From contig NC_079172.1 in NCBI RefSeq assembly GCF_947568905.1, positions 70,556,001 through 70,620,000 of the forward strand: 64,000 bases of DNA, read 5' to 3'. The stretch's first letter is position 1, and every line of letters starts with the position of its first letter. A program made the translations under genes and the position numbers. Below are positions 48,901 to 61,371 of this stretch, one piece after another. The notes below the pieces were generated by a model. The model saw nothing but the letters and a program-made list of their open reading frames with translations. It did not search any database and was not told the DNA's origin. Source of the DNA: Ostrea edulis (taxonomy: Eukaryota).

Positions 48901-50917
48901 ACATATCGATATTGACTTTTTAGTAATGACAGATACACTTATTTTAACATTGTTATTGACTTTTAGCAATGACAGATACACTTATTTTAACATTGACTTC
49001 TAGCAATGACAGATACACTTATTTTAACATATTGATATTGACTTTTAGTAATGACAGATACACTTAATTTAACATTGACTTTTAGTAATGACAGATACAC
49101 TTATTTTAACATTGTTATTGACTTTTAGCAATGACAGATACACTTATATTAACATATCGATATTGACTTTTTAGTAATGACAGATACACTTATTTTAACA
49201 TTAACTTTTAGTAATGACAGATACACTTATTTTAACATATCGATATTGACTTTTTAGTAATGACAGATACACTTATTTTAACATTAACTTTTAGTAATGA
49301 CAGATACACTTATTTTAACATATCGATATTGACTTTTAGTAATGACAGATACACTTATTTTAACATTGTTATTGACTTTTAGTAATGACAGATACACTTA
49401 TTTTAACATATCGATATTGACTTTTTAGTAATGACAGATACACTTATTTTAACATATTGATATTGACTTTTTAGTAATGACAGATACACTTATTTTAACA
49501 TATCGATATTGACTTTTTAGTAATGACAGATACACTTATTTTAACATTAACTTTTAGTAATGACAGATACACTTATTTTAACATATCGATATTGACTTTT
49601 TAGTAATGACAGATACACTTATTTTAACATTAACTTTTAGTAATGACAGATACACTTATTTTAACATATCGATATTGACTTTTTAGTAATGACAGATACA
49701 CTTATTTTAACATTGTTATTGACTTTTAGTAATGACAGATACACTTATTTTAACATTGTTATTGACTTTTAATAATAACAGATATACACTTATTTTTGTC
49801 AACTTACTATTTAGAAACCATAGCAATTATTAAACAGCCAGAGACGAAACCCGTCGTCCCCGGTTTCCATGAGTGGCCGGTCCACACGGACTGTCCACAC
49901 TGTGACAGCTCCATACTGACCACTTTGGAGTACCGGCCAGGGACTCTCACGTGGATCATGTGCTTCTTTCTAATGTTCATCGGGTAAGTCATCTATCATC
50001 GTCAAAGCAGACAGAGTCATCTATCATCGTAAAAACAGTCTGAGTGTTTAGAATGTAGAATGAAACAGGACAGTCTGAATCATTTAAGAATATAATGTTT
50101 CTAAGAGTTTCATTTTCCTAAATCCCTATCTTAACAAAAATATTTCTTGTACACTTTTAAAATATATATATGTCATGCATGTAGCAATTAAAATCAAATA
50201 AATCTTTCTTTCGTTTCAATTCTCTGGCTGTAATTGTATAATATCAGTTGCGTGTGTTTATGATTGGTTGAGATCAATAATACTACAGTAGATTCCTTAT
50301 TTTACGTGAGTACTTATCATCACGAAATCACTCATGGACGTCAAATCGCGAGAAAATAAATTCGCGAGAGCTCTGTTGATCAACTGTTTTTGCATCTATT
50401 TTAGCAATATAAAGATAAAGCGAGAAATATTTTTTCGCGAGTGATGTTTCTCGCGAAATTACGCGATGATAAATTCCTCGCGTACATTTAGGAATTTACA
50501 GTAGTCTAATTATTTCATCAGGCTCTTCATCTTATGTATGATTTAGATCACTAATAGTCTAATTATTTCTGTATGATTGATTTAGATCACTAATAGTCTA
50601 ATTATTTCTGTATAATTGATTTAGATGACTAATTGTCTTATTATTTCTGTATGATTGATTTAGATGACTAATTGTCTAATTATTTCTGTATAATTGATTT
50701 AGATGACTAATTGTCTAATTATTTCTGTATAATTGATTTAGATGACTAATTGTCTAATTATTTCTGTATGATTGATATAGATCACTAATTGTCTAATTAT
50801 TTCATCAGGCTCTTCCTGGGCTGCTGTTTTATCCCCTTCTGCTTGGATGGCTGTAAAGACATTGCTCACATGTGCCCCAACTGTAAAAACGAAATCGGCA
50901 GATATTACAGAATATGA
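42921..50917 (+). CDS. LITAF: LITAF/CDIP1-like protein paralog 2, about 97 aa; exons 42921-42936 (tentative), 49815-49983, 50809-50917
   Basis: Exons 2 and 3 have the same lengths (169, 109 nt) and phases as paralog 1. CPHC and GCCFIPFCLDGCKDIAHMCPNC are intact. Exon 1 MSRKQ+g|GTACGT is phase 1 with an acceptor 15 nt upstream, like the paralogs, but is less certain. Confidence 0.85.
43606..49797. repeat. 6.2-kb intronic satellite, 37-46 bp units (about 145 copies)
   Basis: Core ATTGACTT[T/C]TAG[T/C]AATGACA[G/A]ATACACTTATTTTAAC with short variable prefixes (none, ATTGTT, ATATCGAT, ATATGAAT, ATATTGAT). Confidence 0.98.
50286..50501. mobile_element. Tc1/mariner-type MITE in LITAF-2 intron 2
   Basis: TA flanks (50284-85, 50502-03). 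CAGTAGATTCCTTATTTTACGTGAG versus RC CTGTAAATTCCTAAATGTACGCGAG. TCGCGA subterminal repeats. Confidence 0.7.
50546..50803. repeat. 39-bp tandem array ending at the LITAF-2 exon 3 acceptor
   Basis: GAT[C/G]ACTAAT[A/T]GTCTAATTATTTCTGTAT[G/A]ATTGATTTA, period 39 (50546, 50585, 50624...). Confidence 0.92.
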
Positions 50918-51295
50918 TATAGTGCAGTAGGCGTGGATAACAATTGAATGTGCCAAATCTTGTAGTCTGTGTATATAGTATGTGTATACAAAGTGTGTGA
51001 TACATCGCCCGGGACAGCATGGCCAGTCCGAAGCTAGAGTTAATGATCTTCATGTTCAGAAAGCCGTCCATTATAGCTGTATTTCATAACATTCAAGTGG
51101 AAACACTGACGCTGTACCAGGAGTTTTAATTGATGATTAATGATCATGCTGATGATTGTATGATGGATATGTTACCGGGATTATGATACCGTATCTGTAT
51201 TAATAGCACCATTATTTTGGTACTGTGATTATGATGTCATTATCATGAATAATAAATGTTGTATGTTATTACTATGTACTAGATCCTGTTAACGT

Positions 51296-52297
51296 GATGA
51301 TGATTGTGGTAATGTGATTATGATTGTGGTGTTGTGATTATTATTGTGGTATTATGATTATGATTGTGGTAATGTTTATTATGAGTGTGGTATTATGATT
51401 ATGATTATGGTAATTTGATTATAATTATGGTTACGTGATTATGATTATGGTTACGTGATGATGACTGTGGTAATGTGATTATGATTGTGGTAATGTGATT
51501 ATGATTGTGGTAATGTGATTATGATTGTGGTAATGTGATTATTATTGTGGCAATGTGATTATGATTGTGGTAATGTGATTATGATTGTGGTAATGTGATT
51601 ATTATTGTGGCAATGTGATTATGATTGTGGTAATGTGATTATGATTGTGGTAATGTGATTATGATTGAGGTAATGTGATTGTGGTAATGTGATTATGATT
51701 GTGGTAATGTGATTATGATTATGGTAATGTGATAATGACTGTGGTAATGTGATTATGATTGTGGTAATGTGATTGTGGTAATGTGATTATGATTATGGTA
51801 ATGTGATAATGACTGTGGTAATGTGATTATGATTGAGGTAATGTGATTGTGGTAATGTGATTATGATTATGGTAATGTGATAATGATTATGGTAATGTGA
51901 TTATGATTATGGTAATGTGATTGTGGTAATGTGATTATGATTATGGTAATGTGATTATGATTGAGGTAATGTGATTGTGGTAATGTGATTATGATTGAGG
52001 TAATGTGATTGTGGTAATGTGATTATGATTGTGGGAATGTGATTATGATTGTGGTAATGTGAATATTATTGTGACAATGTGATTATGATTGAGGTAATGT
52101 GATTGTGGTAATGTGATTATGATTGAGGTAATGTGATTGTGGTAATGTGATTATGATTGTGGTAATGTGATAATGACTGTGGTAATGTGATTATGATTGA
52201 GGTAATGTGATTGTGGTAATGTGATTATGATTATGGTAATGTGATTGTGGTAATGTGATTATGATTATGGTAATGTGAATGAGGTAATGTGATTATG
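51296..52297. repeat. 20/14-bp minisatellite (GTGGTAATGTGATTATGATT)
   Basis: About 1-kb array downstream of LITAF-2. Confidence 0.95.
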
Positions 52298-53021
52298 ATA
52301 ATAATTATTATACTAATATCTTCTACAGATTTAAAACGTGTGAATCTTTCTTTATTGCTCAGAGTTGTAATAGCTAACATGAAGGTAGGGTCTGGAAAAC
52401 TGTGATATCAGCGACTTAGTAAACCTTCACTTTATTCTCATGGCAGGGATCTGGGACTTAAACTGCTCATAACTAAATATGTGTATTCTGACCGTGGTTT
52501 GATTGTATGATTGTTTTGCGACTAGTATTCTTCATGCATATGTAAACAGCAAATGCCTATCAATATTAAATACTATAAGAACAATGTGATCATTTTGTTT
52601 TCATTTTCATGAAAATAATAATTATTAATAATGATAAATAGGGGTTTTAGTGATGACACTCAATTAGAGAGATGGAGAAACAGGGGGTGTAATGGAACAG
52701 CGTAAACAGGTACAGTGTCCCATTACCTGATAGCAGAAATCTAAAACCGTGACCTGTGCGGTACATAAAGGCAAGCATGACAATGCAATACACACTGAAT
52801 CAGGAAAAATCAATAAGAACGAATTTCGAAATAACGTAACACACCATTGAGCCTGTAACACTGAACTAAAGTCTAAGTCACGCAAGGGGGAGCCACATAC
52901 AGACTGAAATTTCGTAACGCAGTTTTCCACTTGTAACTAATAGTATCACCAATCTTCCGCGTACCCCCTCCATTGGTTCGGCTTCATTTTCAGATTTTAT
53001 ATAGAGTGACTGATATCGACA

Positions 53022-55280
53022 ATGGCTGCCTATCCTCCAGGTTACTCAGGTGAGTATTGTCTTATTTTCTAACGATGTGAATATATCATTATACATGTAG
53101 ATGTGTATAGTGGAGGAAATAATCACATCTGTTGTATGTACGCACCAAAATAAATCTGACGAGAAGCTGATTATTATATTGTTTCTTCAAACTAAATTTC
53201 AAGATGAAGTTTGTAAACTAGAGTCGACACAGTTTGTAGTAAAGAGAACAAATTAGTTTTAGATATGAAACATCATATTAATTATTATAGTGAAATACGT
53301 ATATAGTGTGGCATCTAACATAGCAAATGAAATCATGATTTACCTTTATAGTTATATGATTTGGTGCAGTATGGACTTATTTGGTAAAAGTTACCCAGCG
53401 GGTGCCCAGTGAGATATTGTACACTCGGGTACAAATAGGTGATCAAACAAAAAATTCCTTGAAGGAACCCCGGAGGGTGTAAATGATTAAAAAACGCAAA
53501 ATTTGTCAACAATTTGTCAGAATTGGAATTTCTGTTACATTGAAGGAAAATGAATGTCTCGGCCGTTCTCGTGTCTAGCTAAATAACGCTAGGGTTAGTC
53601 CGCAACCAATAAATCTTTTGTGTTAAGGTCAATGCAGGTCAATGTACGTATAACGGGGTTGGGGGGAGGGGGGGGGGTCAGACTCCCGCCTCTCATTTTT
53701 GACAATCTTTACTGTCCGTTATTTTTATATGCAAAATCACTTTCTCTTTCAACAGGTTTAAAAAGAAAAGAATTTAACCAGCCGTACACTACATGTACAT
53801 AATGTTCTCTAACAAAAATAACAAAAGCATTCACGTTAAAACGTTAAACATAATTTAGCATAAAAAACAAACAAGCAAATGAGTTTAGAAGGAAAAACAA
53901 CACCACTATTTCACACCGAGTCATTCAGGCTGATAAGTTATGTTGATGAATATACTGTTGTAATGCTGCAGGAACTCTTCAAGTTTCAATACAGCGATCA
54001 ATGCTCTAATTTCATATTCAATTTTCAATGGATCTGGTCCAATACTTTTATCGATTTTGTGCAGTCGTCTTTTACAATGTATACTCGTGTTCCCATTTCA
54101 AATGAAATTTCAAGTATTTCAAAATTTTACCTTTAGAAATAGCTAAAATTATATCGCAATGATAGTTAAATCACGAACTATTAAATGGAGATTAAACTTT
54201 GCTCCCCACTAATAAACTACCCGCTGTCATTTGATATTTCATTATTTATAAATCTCGATAAAATAAAAACCTTTACAAGTCACCGTTCAACATGACATAA
54301 AATTCATTATATTTACACGTATTTAATTAAAATCGAACTATTCATAAGATATAAGGAATATCGGCCATGTTGGTTTATATTATGGGAATATGGAATTTTT
54401 TTTTACTTTGTTTATATACCTTCATAAAAGAAACAAACGTGAGATTTATAATTAACTAAATACTAAACTTGAAACGTAGTGGACATTACAGGCTTGGCTA
54501 TCAGGGACTATACCAACTTCATGTCATTTTATTCTCACAGCTCAACCGGCCGTGGTTATAAACCCACCAATTATACAGCAGAGTGTCTTCAGGCATGTTC
54601 CTGTGCGCATGCGCTGTCAATTCTGCAACGCTGAGATCACAACCAGCACTTCATTTGAGACCGGAGCCTTAACCTGGATAATCGCTGGTGTTTTGCTTCT
54701 GTTCGGGTGAGTAAAACGACAAAAAGTCCTTCAAAACTTGACGATATGACGTTTCCAAGCAAACGAACAACCCGCAACCAAGATCTCGTAAATAATTCAT
54801 CATGTCAAATAAAAACTTATCAAAATTGACTGCATTTAATTCTGTTGATTATGTCTGGTAAAAAAATGAGTGGAGTGTTTTATTCTTTGACATCCTACTT
54901 TCTATTCTTAAAAACAATTTTAGCAGAGGTATGTGCACGTCAGATTTGAACCTGTAAGCATTGACCAATCGCTTTAAAGTTGAAGGTAACCAGAACTCTC
55001 TAAAAAACTTTATCAACTTGATAGATGATTATGCCGTATTAGATGATCATGCTTACAGATTCAAACGTTGGTGATATTTCACAGTTGTTATATTTCGAGG
55101 CCACTAATAAACTATAAACTTTTCTTTGAATCAATATCAAATAAATGAATAAATGAATTCTTTCACTGCAGGCTTTGGCTGGGGTGCTGCCTGATTCCAT
55201 TTTGTATTGATGGATGTAAAGATGTCGTCCACACGTGTCCCAGTTGTCAGCAAGTTGTTGGGAAATTCAACAGGATGTAG
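53022..55280 (+). CDS. LITAF: LITAF/CDIP1-like protein paralog 3, 100 aa; exons 53022-53049, 54541-54706, 55172-55280
   Basis: Canonical junctions, phases 1 and 2. MAAYPPGYS (PPxY); CQFC...[22 protein letters not shown]. Confidence 0.93.
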
Positions 55281-55499
55281 CAATGCTTCAAGTGCCATGC
55301 TTTCTCTCTCTATTCTACCTACACACACGTGTTTACCTATCAAAGATTACCTGTGATGATACTTTTTAACTATATATTTATCTGTGATATTTTTAATGAT
55401 ATATTTATAATTCATTTTTATGAAATTGAACTTCATGTTGTGCCAGTGGTTTTCGTGGACAGAAACAAGAGTGTCATGCAATTCATACATATTTACATG

Positions 55500-55770
55500 T
55501 GTCATACTAGATATCAGAGTGCCATACTAGATATCAGAGTGCTATACTAGATATCAGAGTGTCATTCTAGATATCAAAGTGTCATATTATGTATCAGATT
55601 ACATACTAGATATCAGAGTGCCATATCTTTTGTCTAGACATCATTGTCATACTAGATATCACAGTGTTTTACTAGACATCAGTGTCATACTAATCAAAGT
55701 GCCATGCTAGATATCTGAGCGTTATACTAGATATCTGAGTACCATACTAGATATCTGAACGCCAAACTAG
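55500..55770. repeat. Degenerate 20-bp tandem repeat (GTCATACTAGATATCAGAGT)
   Basis: About 12 diverged units. Confidence 0.85.
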
Positions 55771-56590
55771 AAATAAGACAACCATTGGACGGTGTTGATT
55801 TCTAATGTAATTCTGGTATACTGTATCTGCATGATTTTCTTATAATAAAGTTACAATACATATTGTGTTTCATTAAAGTTCATTCATTATGCAAATAATT
55901 CTGTGATTATTTACATTTCATTCATCTATAACAATCCCTATATTACAAATGGTTTCTGATTATGTATAAGAATATCCTTAATTCAGAATTAATTATTTAT
56001 CTGTAAGAATATCCTTAATTCAGAATTAATCATTCATATGTAAGAATATCCTTAATTCAGAATTAATTATTTATCTGTAAGAATATCCTTAATTCAGAAT
56101 TAATTATTTATGTGTAAGAATATCCTTAATTCAGAATTAATTATTTATGTGTAAGAATATCCTTAATTCAGAATTAATTATTTATGTGTAAGAATATCCT
56201 TAATTCAGAATTAATTATTTATCTGTAAGAATATCCTTAATTCAGAATTAATTATTTATGTGTAAGAATATCCTTAATTCAGAATTAATTATTTATGTGT
56301 AAGAATATCCTTAATTCAGAATTAATTATTTATGTGTAAGAATATCCTTAATTCAGAATTAATTATTTATCTGTAAGAATATCCTTAATTCAGAATTAAT
56401 CATTCATATGTAAGAATATCATTAATTTAGAGTTAATTATTTGTAAGAATATCCTTAATCCAGATTTACTTAATTATATGTAAGAATATCATTGATCCAG
56501 ATTTTAATTATTTATATGTAAATATATCCTTAATTCAGAACTAATTACTTATATGTAAGAATATCCTTCATTCAAAGGTGATTAATTATA

Positions 56591-59305
56591 CAGTACACGA
56601 CACGAGTTTTATGCGTGTTCCACGCAACGCGGTGGAACAAATTTGCCCCAAACACGGTGGACCTTTAAAATTGTCGGGACCTTTAAAATTGTCGGCACCT
56701 TTGAAGTCCTATTTTTCCGCGCGAGCTAGACATTGAAGTCCACGGAGGATCTCCGCGGATGCTACCGCGCATCTCCGTGGATGTCACCTGTACCTTCGTC
56801 GATGCCACCGTGTACCTCCGTGTGATAAAACAAAGAAATAATTTCCGAAATGATTCACCCAAAAAACCTTTTCGCTTGGCCAGCATACATGCCCTCACCC
56901 CATTACTTATTTAGAAATTAGCTATAAATCATTCAATTCTTGTAATTGTTGTTTAATGATACGTTGGTGTTTTCGGTTCATATCCGTATGTAGACTTCCC
57001 TGCAGACGTTCACATCTTTTTATGAAACGCCCAAATTCTCGACATCCTGTATATAAACACCTGTGTTATTCCTACCACTCGTCGGTACATTGTTTCACGG
57101 CACGTGCAGCACAATTTCACCAAATAAAAGAAGGGTCATGAGCAACGACAATCACATGCCAGTAATTTCAATTTGATAAACAGCAGTTGAAAGAAATGTG
57201 TACCATAAGCAATAGTTTATTTTTACGTAAAGTTTTCATTGTAATCAAGAATATGTGATTAAGGTCAGCTATATACATGTACATGTTTACATTGGATATG
57301 AATTTCATTATGTACTCAACTGTGAAGCAATGTGAGCAAAGAATCAAATTTTTATCACTTAAACAAATAAATATTAAAACTATCTTTACTTTTAAACAAA
57401 CCTTTAGAAAACTCCGTACTTTCATTAAGAAAATTTCATTAGAATGCCCATATTTCACATTAATAATAACACGGTTTTTTAAGGTTTTTTTTCTAACTTG
57501 ATAAATACTTTATTACACGCATGTATTATTTACTAAATGTATATATAACAGCTGTTTGTCTTTATATTTTTGTATAGCATTGCATAATGGTGATGGGATC
57601 CAATAAATTGAATTGAGTACATGTAGTCTTGAAATATCACAAAGTAAAGAGTTGACAACGATTGAAATAAAAATACAGACGTTTTCTCGTTGATTCAGTA
57701 ACTCAATAACTTGCGCGTCTTCTGAATGAAAGTTGTAAAACAAACGTACTAGGTTTTGGTCAGTTATAACATAATACGGGGGTAAAATTCATCTAATCTC
57801 CGCTAGCAATGGGTTTTGAGTCAACTGTGCATTCGTGCACGAATAATCTCGGCTAACGAAGATGGAAAAAAAAAGAAGCCTAGATAGTCCGCTTGCATTA
57901 ACATGTATTATGAAGGTGCAATCGAAGAATTATCCAGTAAATCCAATGATGTTGCAGTATATATAGCATGTATTTATTTTATTTTTGACTGAGAGGGAGA
58001 TAGACAGCTAAGCACGTAACATCGTTTTAGAAAAGGGGGGGGGGGGGACGACTCATTCATTAGTCCTAACCCGGACCAGCCGAAAAAATTAACATGTAAA
58101 GAAAACAAATTTAAATGGGAAATAAAAAAAATATCAGAATGAAAGGGGATGGATAATTAATCAGAAAGAAATTGTACTTTCAAGATTTATACTGAACGTA
58201 TTAAACTTCCTGTATCTGCATACATTCATGAATATTATAAGTAATGATTACCAATGCTCTCTCTCTCTCTCTCTCTCTTGCTTTCATTATCTAATGCATC
58301 TAAAGATTAAATTAAAGATTTTAATAATCGATAGCGTATATGAAATAATCGTTAAGTCATTTCTGTTTATATTAGTTTTTTTTTCATGAACTAGTTGCAT
58401 TTGACACCGAGGATTTACATCCTTAAATATTGATTACGAGCACGTAGAATCGGAGAGGGTGTACTTTGAAAACTTGAAAGGTTTTCGTAATCGGACAATT
58501 TAAGCACCATTTTTGTTGTTATTTTATTGCTTGTCAAGAAATTTACACAACTTAACCGGCAACATACCCCTTCTGATACATTGAAAAATATAAGTAATGT
58601 TAGCACAGGGCTCTATAAAGTTCAATCTGCAGTTTGGTCATACTTCGTCATTCAATAACTTATTCAAAATAAAAAAAAAAAATTGTCGGGTTAGCGGTAC
58701 TATGATGTATGACTATAGCAATGACCTGTGTATAACTTGTACATTCCATGCAAATTCGAAGGGGTTTTCGCCTCAGTAGAACAATGGGGGTCAGCTAATC
58801 CGTGTATTTGAAATCAACAGAAGTGCTTCGCTTCTTGCGGAAAGTGTGAAATATATTGGGTCGGCGTAAGATACCCGTGATCTTAGACTAGATCTGATAT
58901 CGCGCCGACCCAACATATTTCACACTTTTCATGAGAAGTCAAAACCCAAACTAGCTAACCGTAATTTAGTTATACTGTGAGAAAGACCCTAGGAATTTGC
59001 ATGGTATATACTTATTATACAAAAATCATTGCATTATCCAGACACTCCCGATGAACATTTTTTTTTTTATGAAAACCTCTATCAAAGTACTTCGAACATA
59101 AATCTCGGTCGAATGTTATTAACTCGGGATTTTAAAAATAAATCATTCGATGGTTTGTATTTTTGCTTCTATTAATTACGTAATAAATTAATTCCAATTT
59201 GTTAATCATCGACAATGCTCTAATTTCTATATTGGATCAAGTTATATTTGTCAAGATGCATATCAACACAATATGATGGAGGTAATTATGTTAAACAGTG
59301 CATTT

Positions 59306-59341
<36 letters not shown>

Positions 59342-59844
59342 ACATCAGTAATTATTAAATATCCCTATCACATGTTGTACATGTGTGTTTTTCATTTACT
59401 GAATATACTAATTCGCATTCAAAACAGGAATTGCCTACAAGTACGCATTATTTTAACATAGAATTTAAGAATATTTTAATGAAGAAAGAAGACTAAAAGA
59501 AAAAAGTCAAAACCAGGTTTTCTTAAAAACATAATATAAAGTGTTTGGTATCGTTGGAATCGGCTCAATATGCTGAAAAACAATATAAGTATCAGGGGGG
59601 GGGGGGGGGGGGGGAATATTGACATTTTTTCTTTTCTTAAAATTCCACCCTTATCTTGGTTATTTGGACTGCGGCACATTTTCACATCTCCCGCAAGGCG
59701 CCCGTGGCCAGAACAAAGCTCTTGGCAGCTGTGTGTATTCGCAAATAACACACACCGTGGAACACGGAGGACACGATGTATCTCCGTGGATTTTCCACCG
59801 TGGTCTTTCCACGGTGGGGTGTATAAAACTCGTGTCGTGTACTG
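56591..59844. mobile_element. 3.25-kb non-autonomous Tc1/mariner-type element
   Basis: Perfect 22-bp TIR CAGTACACGACACGAGTTTTAT. TA TSD (56589-90, 59845-46). CCACGG/CCGTGG subterminal motifs at both ends. No transposase seen. Confidence 0.88.
58831..58938. repeat. Hairpin with about 36-bp arms
   Basis: CTTCTTGCGGAAAGTGTGAAATATATTGGGTCGGCG versus RC CTTCTCATGAAAAGTGTGAAATATGTTGGGTCGGCG, 36-nt loop. Confidence 0.8.
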
Positions 59845-60668
59845 TATGTAAGAATATCCTTAATCCAGAGTTAATTAATTGTCTGTAAAAATATCCATTG
59901 TGGTTATTTTCTAGACAGCAAGTTTACGAATTGAAGAAACCCGAAACATCAACCTATTAACATATTAAGATATTAATCAATTAAATGACTATCATCTTTC
60001 CATTGTGGCCTCTTTTTGGGACCTTGGGAGGGCTAGTAAATGTGTTTAGAACAAACTTGAATCTTTATATAGCATGTCCATATTTATTAAAACTTTTTAC
60101 CATTATATACCCTTTGAAAGTGGCACAATCCTTCATTTGAATAAGATGAAATCCCTTTTACCCAAGGGGATTTAGCGCTAAGTTTGGTTGAAATTGGTTA
60201 ATAGTTCTTGAGAAGAATATTATTGAAATATTTTCCCTTTATACTAGTAGTCCTATATATGACTCTGAATCACTCCTGTTGTACCACTATTGGTCCGGGG
60301 GTCACGTGGTTTGATAAACATTAAATCTACACTACACACAGAAGCCCTCTTTTAAAATATTGATATTTCACGTGTGGAGAAGATTCTCAAAGACTCCAAT
60401 TTTCAGTTCTTTTCATTATCTTCTCTTCGTAATGAGTCTGGACCTTGATTTGAATAAATCTGACTCCCTCTTACTGAAGGATACTTTATGTCAAGCTCAG
60501 TATCTCCCTTGATGTGACTCTTGCTGTATTTGAACGAAGTTAGATACCTCATACCCAAGGATAATTAGTGCCAAATTTGGTCAAAATTGGCTTAGTGAAA
60601 ATCCACGAATAAACGTTTTTCGTGTTTACAGGTAAACACCAGGGTGCATGTAGGAGTTACTGTCTCAC

Positions 60669-61105
60669 TATTCTCTTTAGAGAAGTCGAGAGGCATAGCC
60701 ATCATCGACTTCTCTTCGCAAGCATTCATGTTTTGATTCTGGAAAATGTGTAAATGCCGGAGTCGGTGACGGTTTATGCTTCGATCGACATTTCGACTCA
60801 GATGTGCCCTGGATTTACGCAATAGACAAGTTGTTTTCAAACATTTAACAGCAATGCACAAAACCGTCAAGAGGAAATCAAAACTTACTTGCTTTTAATC
60901 CATTTTCAACATGCCCCTGTCCCGGGTTTAAATCACACTTTTGATTACGTCAGCCTGCTTTTCTCTTAACTGGTCCCCTATTGTGACAGCTCCCAAGACC
61001 AGTTAACGCAAAACTGGGATTTACACGTTTCCCAGAATCAAAATACGAATGCTTGCGAAGAGAAGTCGATGAAGGCAATGCCTCTCGACTTCTCTAAAGA
61101 GAATA
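60669..61105. mobile_element. MITE with about 88-bp TIRs and 9-13 bp TSD (MULE-like by TSD length)
   Basis: TATTCTCTTTAGAGAAGTCGAGAGG...CCTCTCGACTTCTCTAAAGAGAATA. CTGTCTCAC at 60660-60668 and 61106-61114 (extends ambiguously to TACTGTCTCACTA). Confidence 0.88.
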
Positions 61106-61371
61106 CTGTCTCACTAGCTGGTGTCTGAGTAACGCAATGGTAGCGCACACGCATCTTATCTCTGCGATCTCGGTTTGATATTAGTAGTGCTTGTATATGA
61201 TCATGTGGGGTTTTCTCCGAAAGTCTGGGTAGTTCGCTCACCAATGACTTCCTCTCACCAACACTAAGAACTCTATTGTGAATGAGCTCTCGAAATTGCT
61301 TGGGTTATTCGAATATGTATTCAATATGTTGAATAAAGTTTTATCAATATATTTATTCATTTACATGTAAA

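Larger units (their letters stand above)
55963..59896. repeat. 37-bp tandem array (GTAAGAATATCCTTAATTCAGAATTAATTATTTATGT) split by a transposon
   Basis: About 16 units at 55963-56588; the array resumes at 59845-59896. Confidence 0.9.

Noticed and set aside
43606-49797. CRISPR-like repeat-spacer array
   Set aside because: The variable parts are 0-9 nt and drawn from a handful of recurring variants; the context is a eukaryotic intron with no cas genes.
10774-55280. A coordinated ubiquitin/immune system linking the OTU, TRIM-NHL and LITAF genes
   Set aside because: The OTU is transposon cargo from an apparently recent insertion. Proximity alone in a eukaryotic genome gives no evidence of functional coupling.
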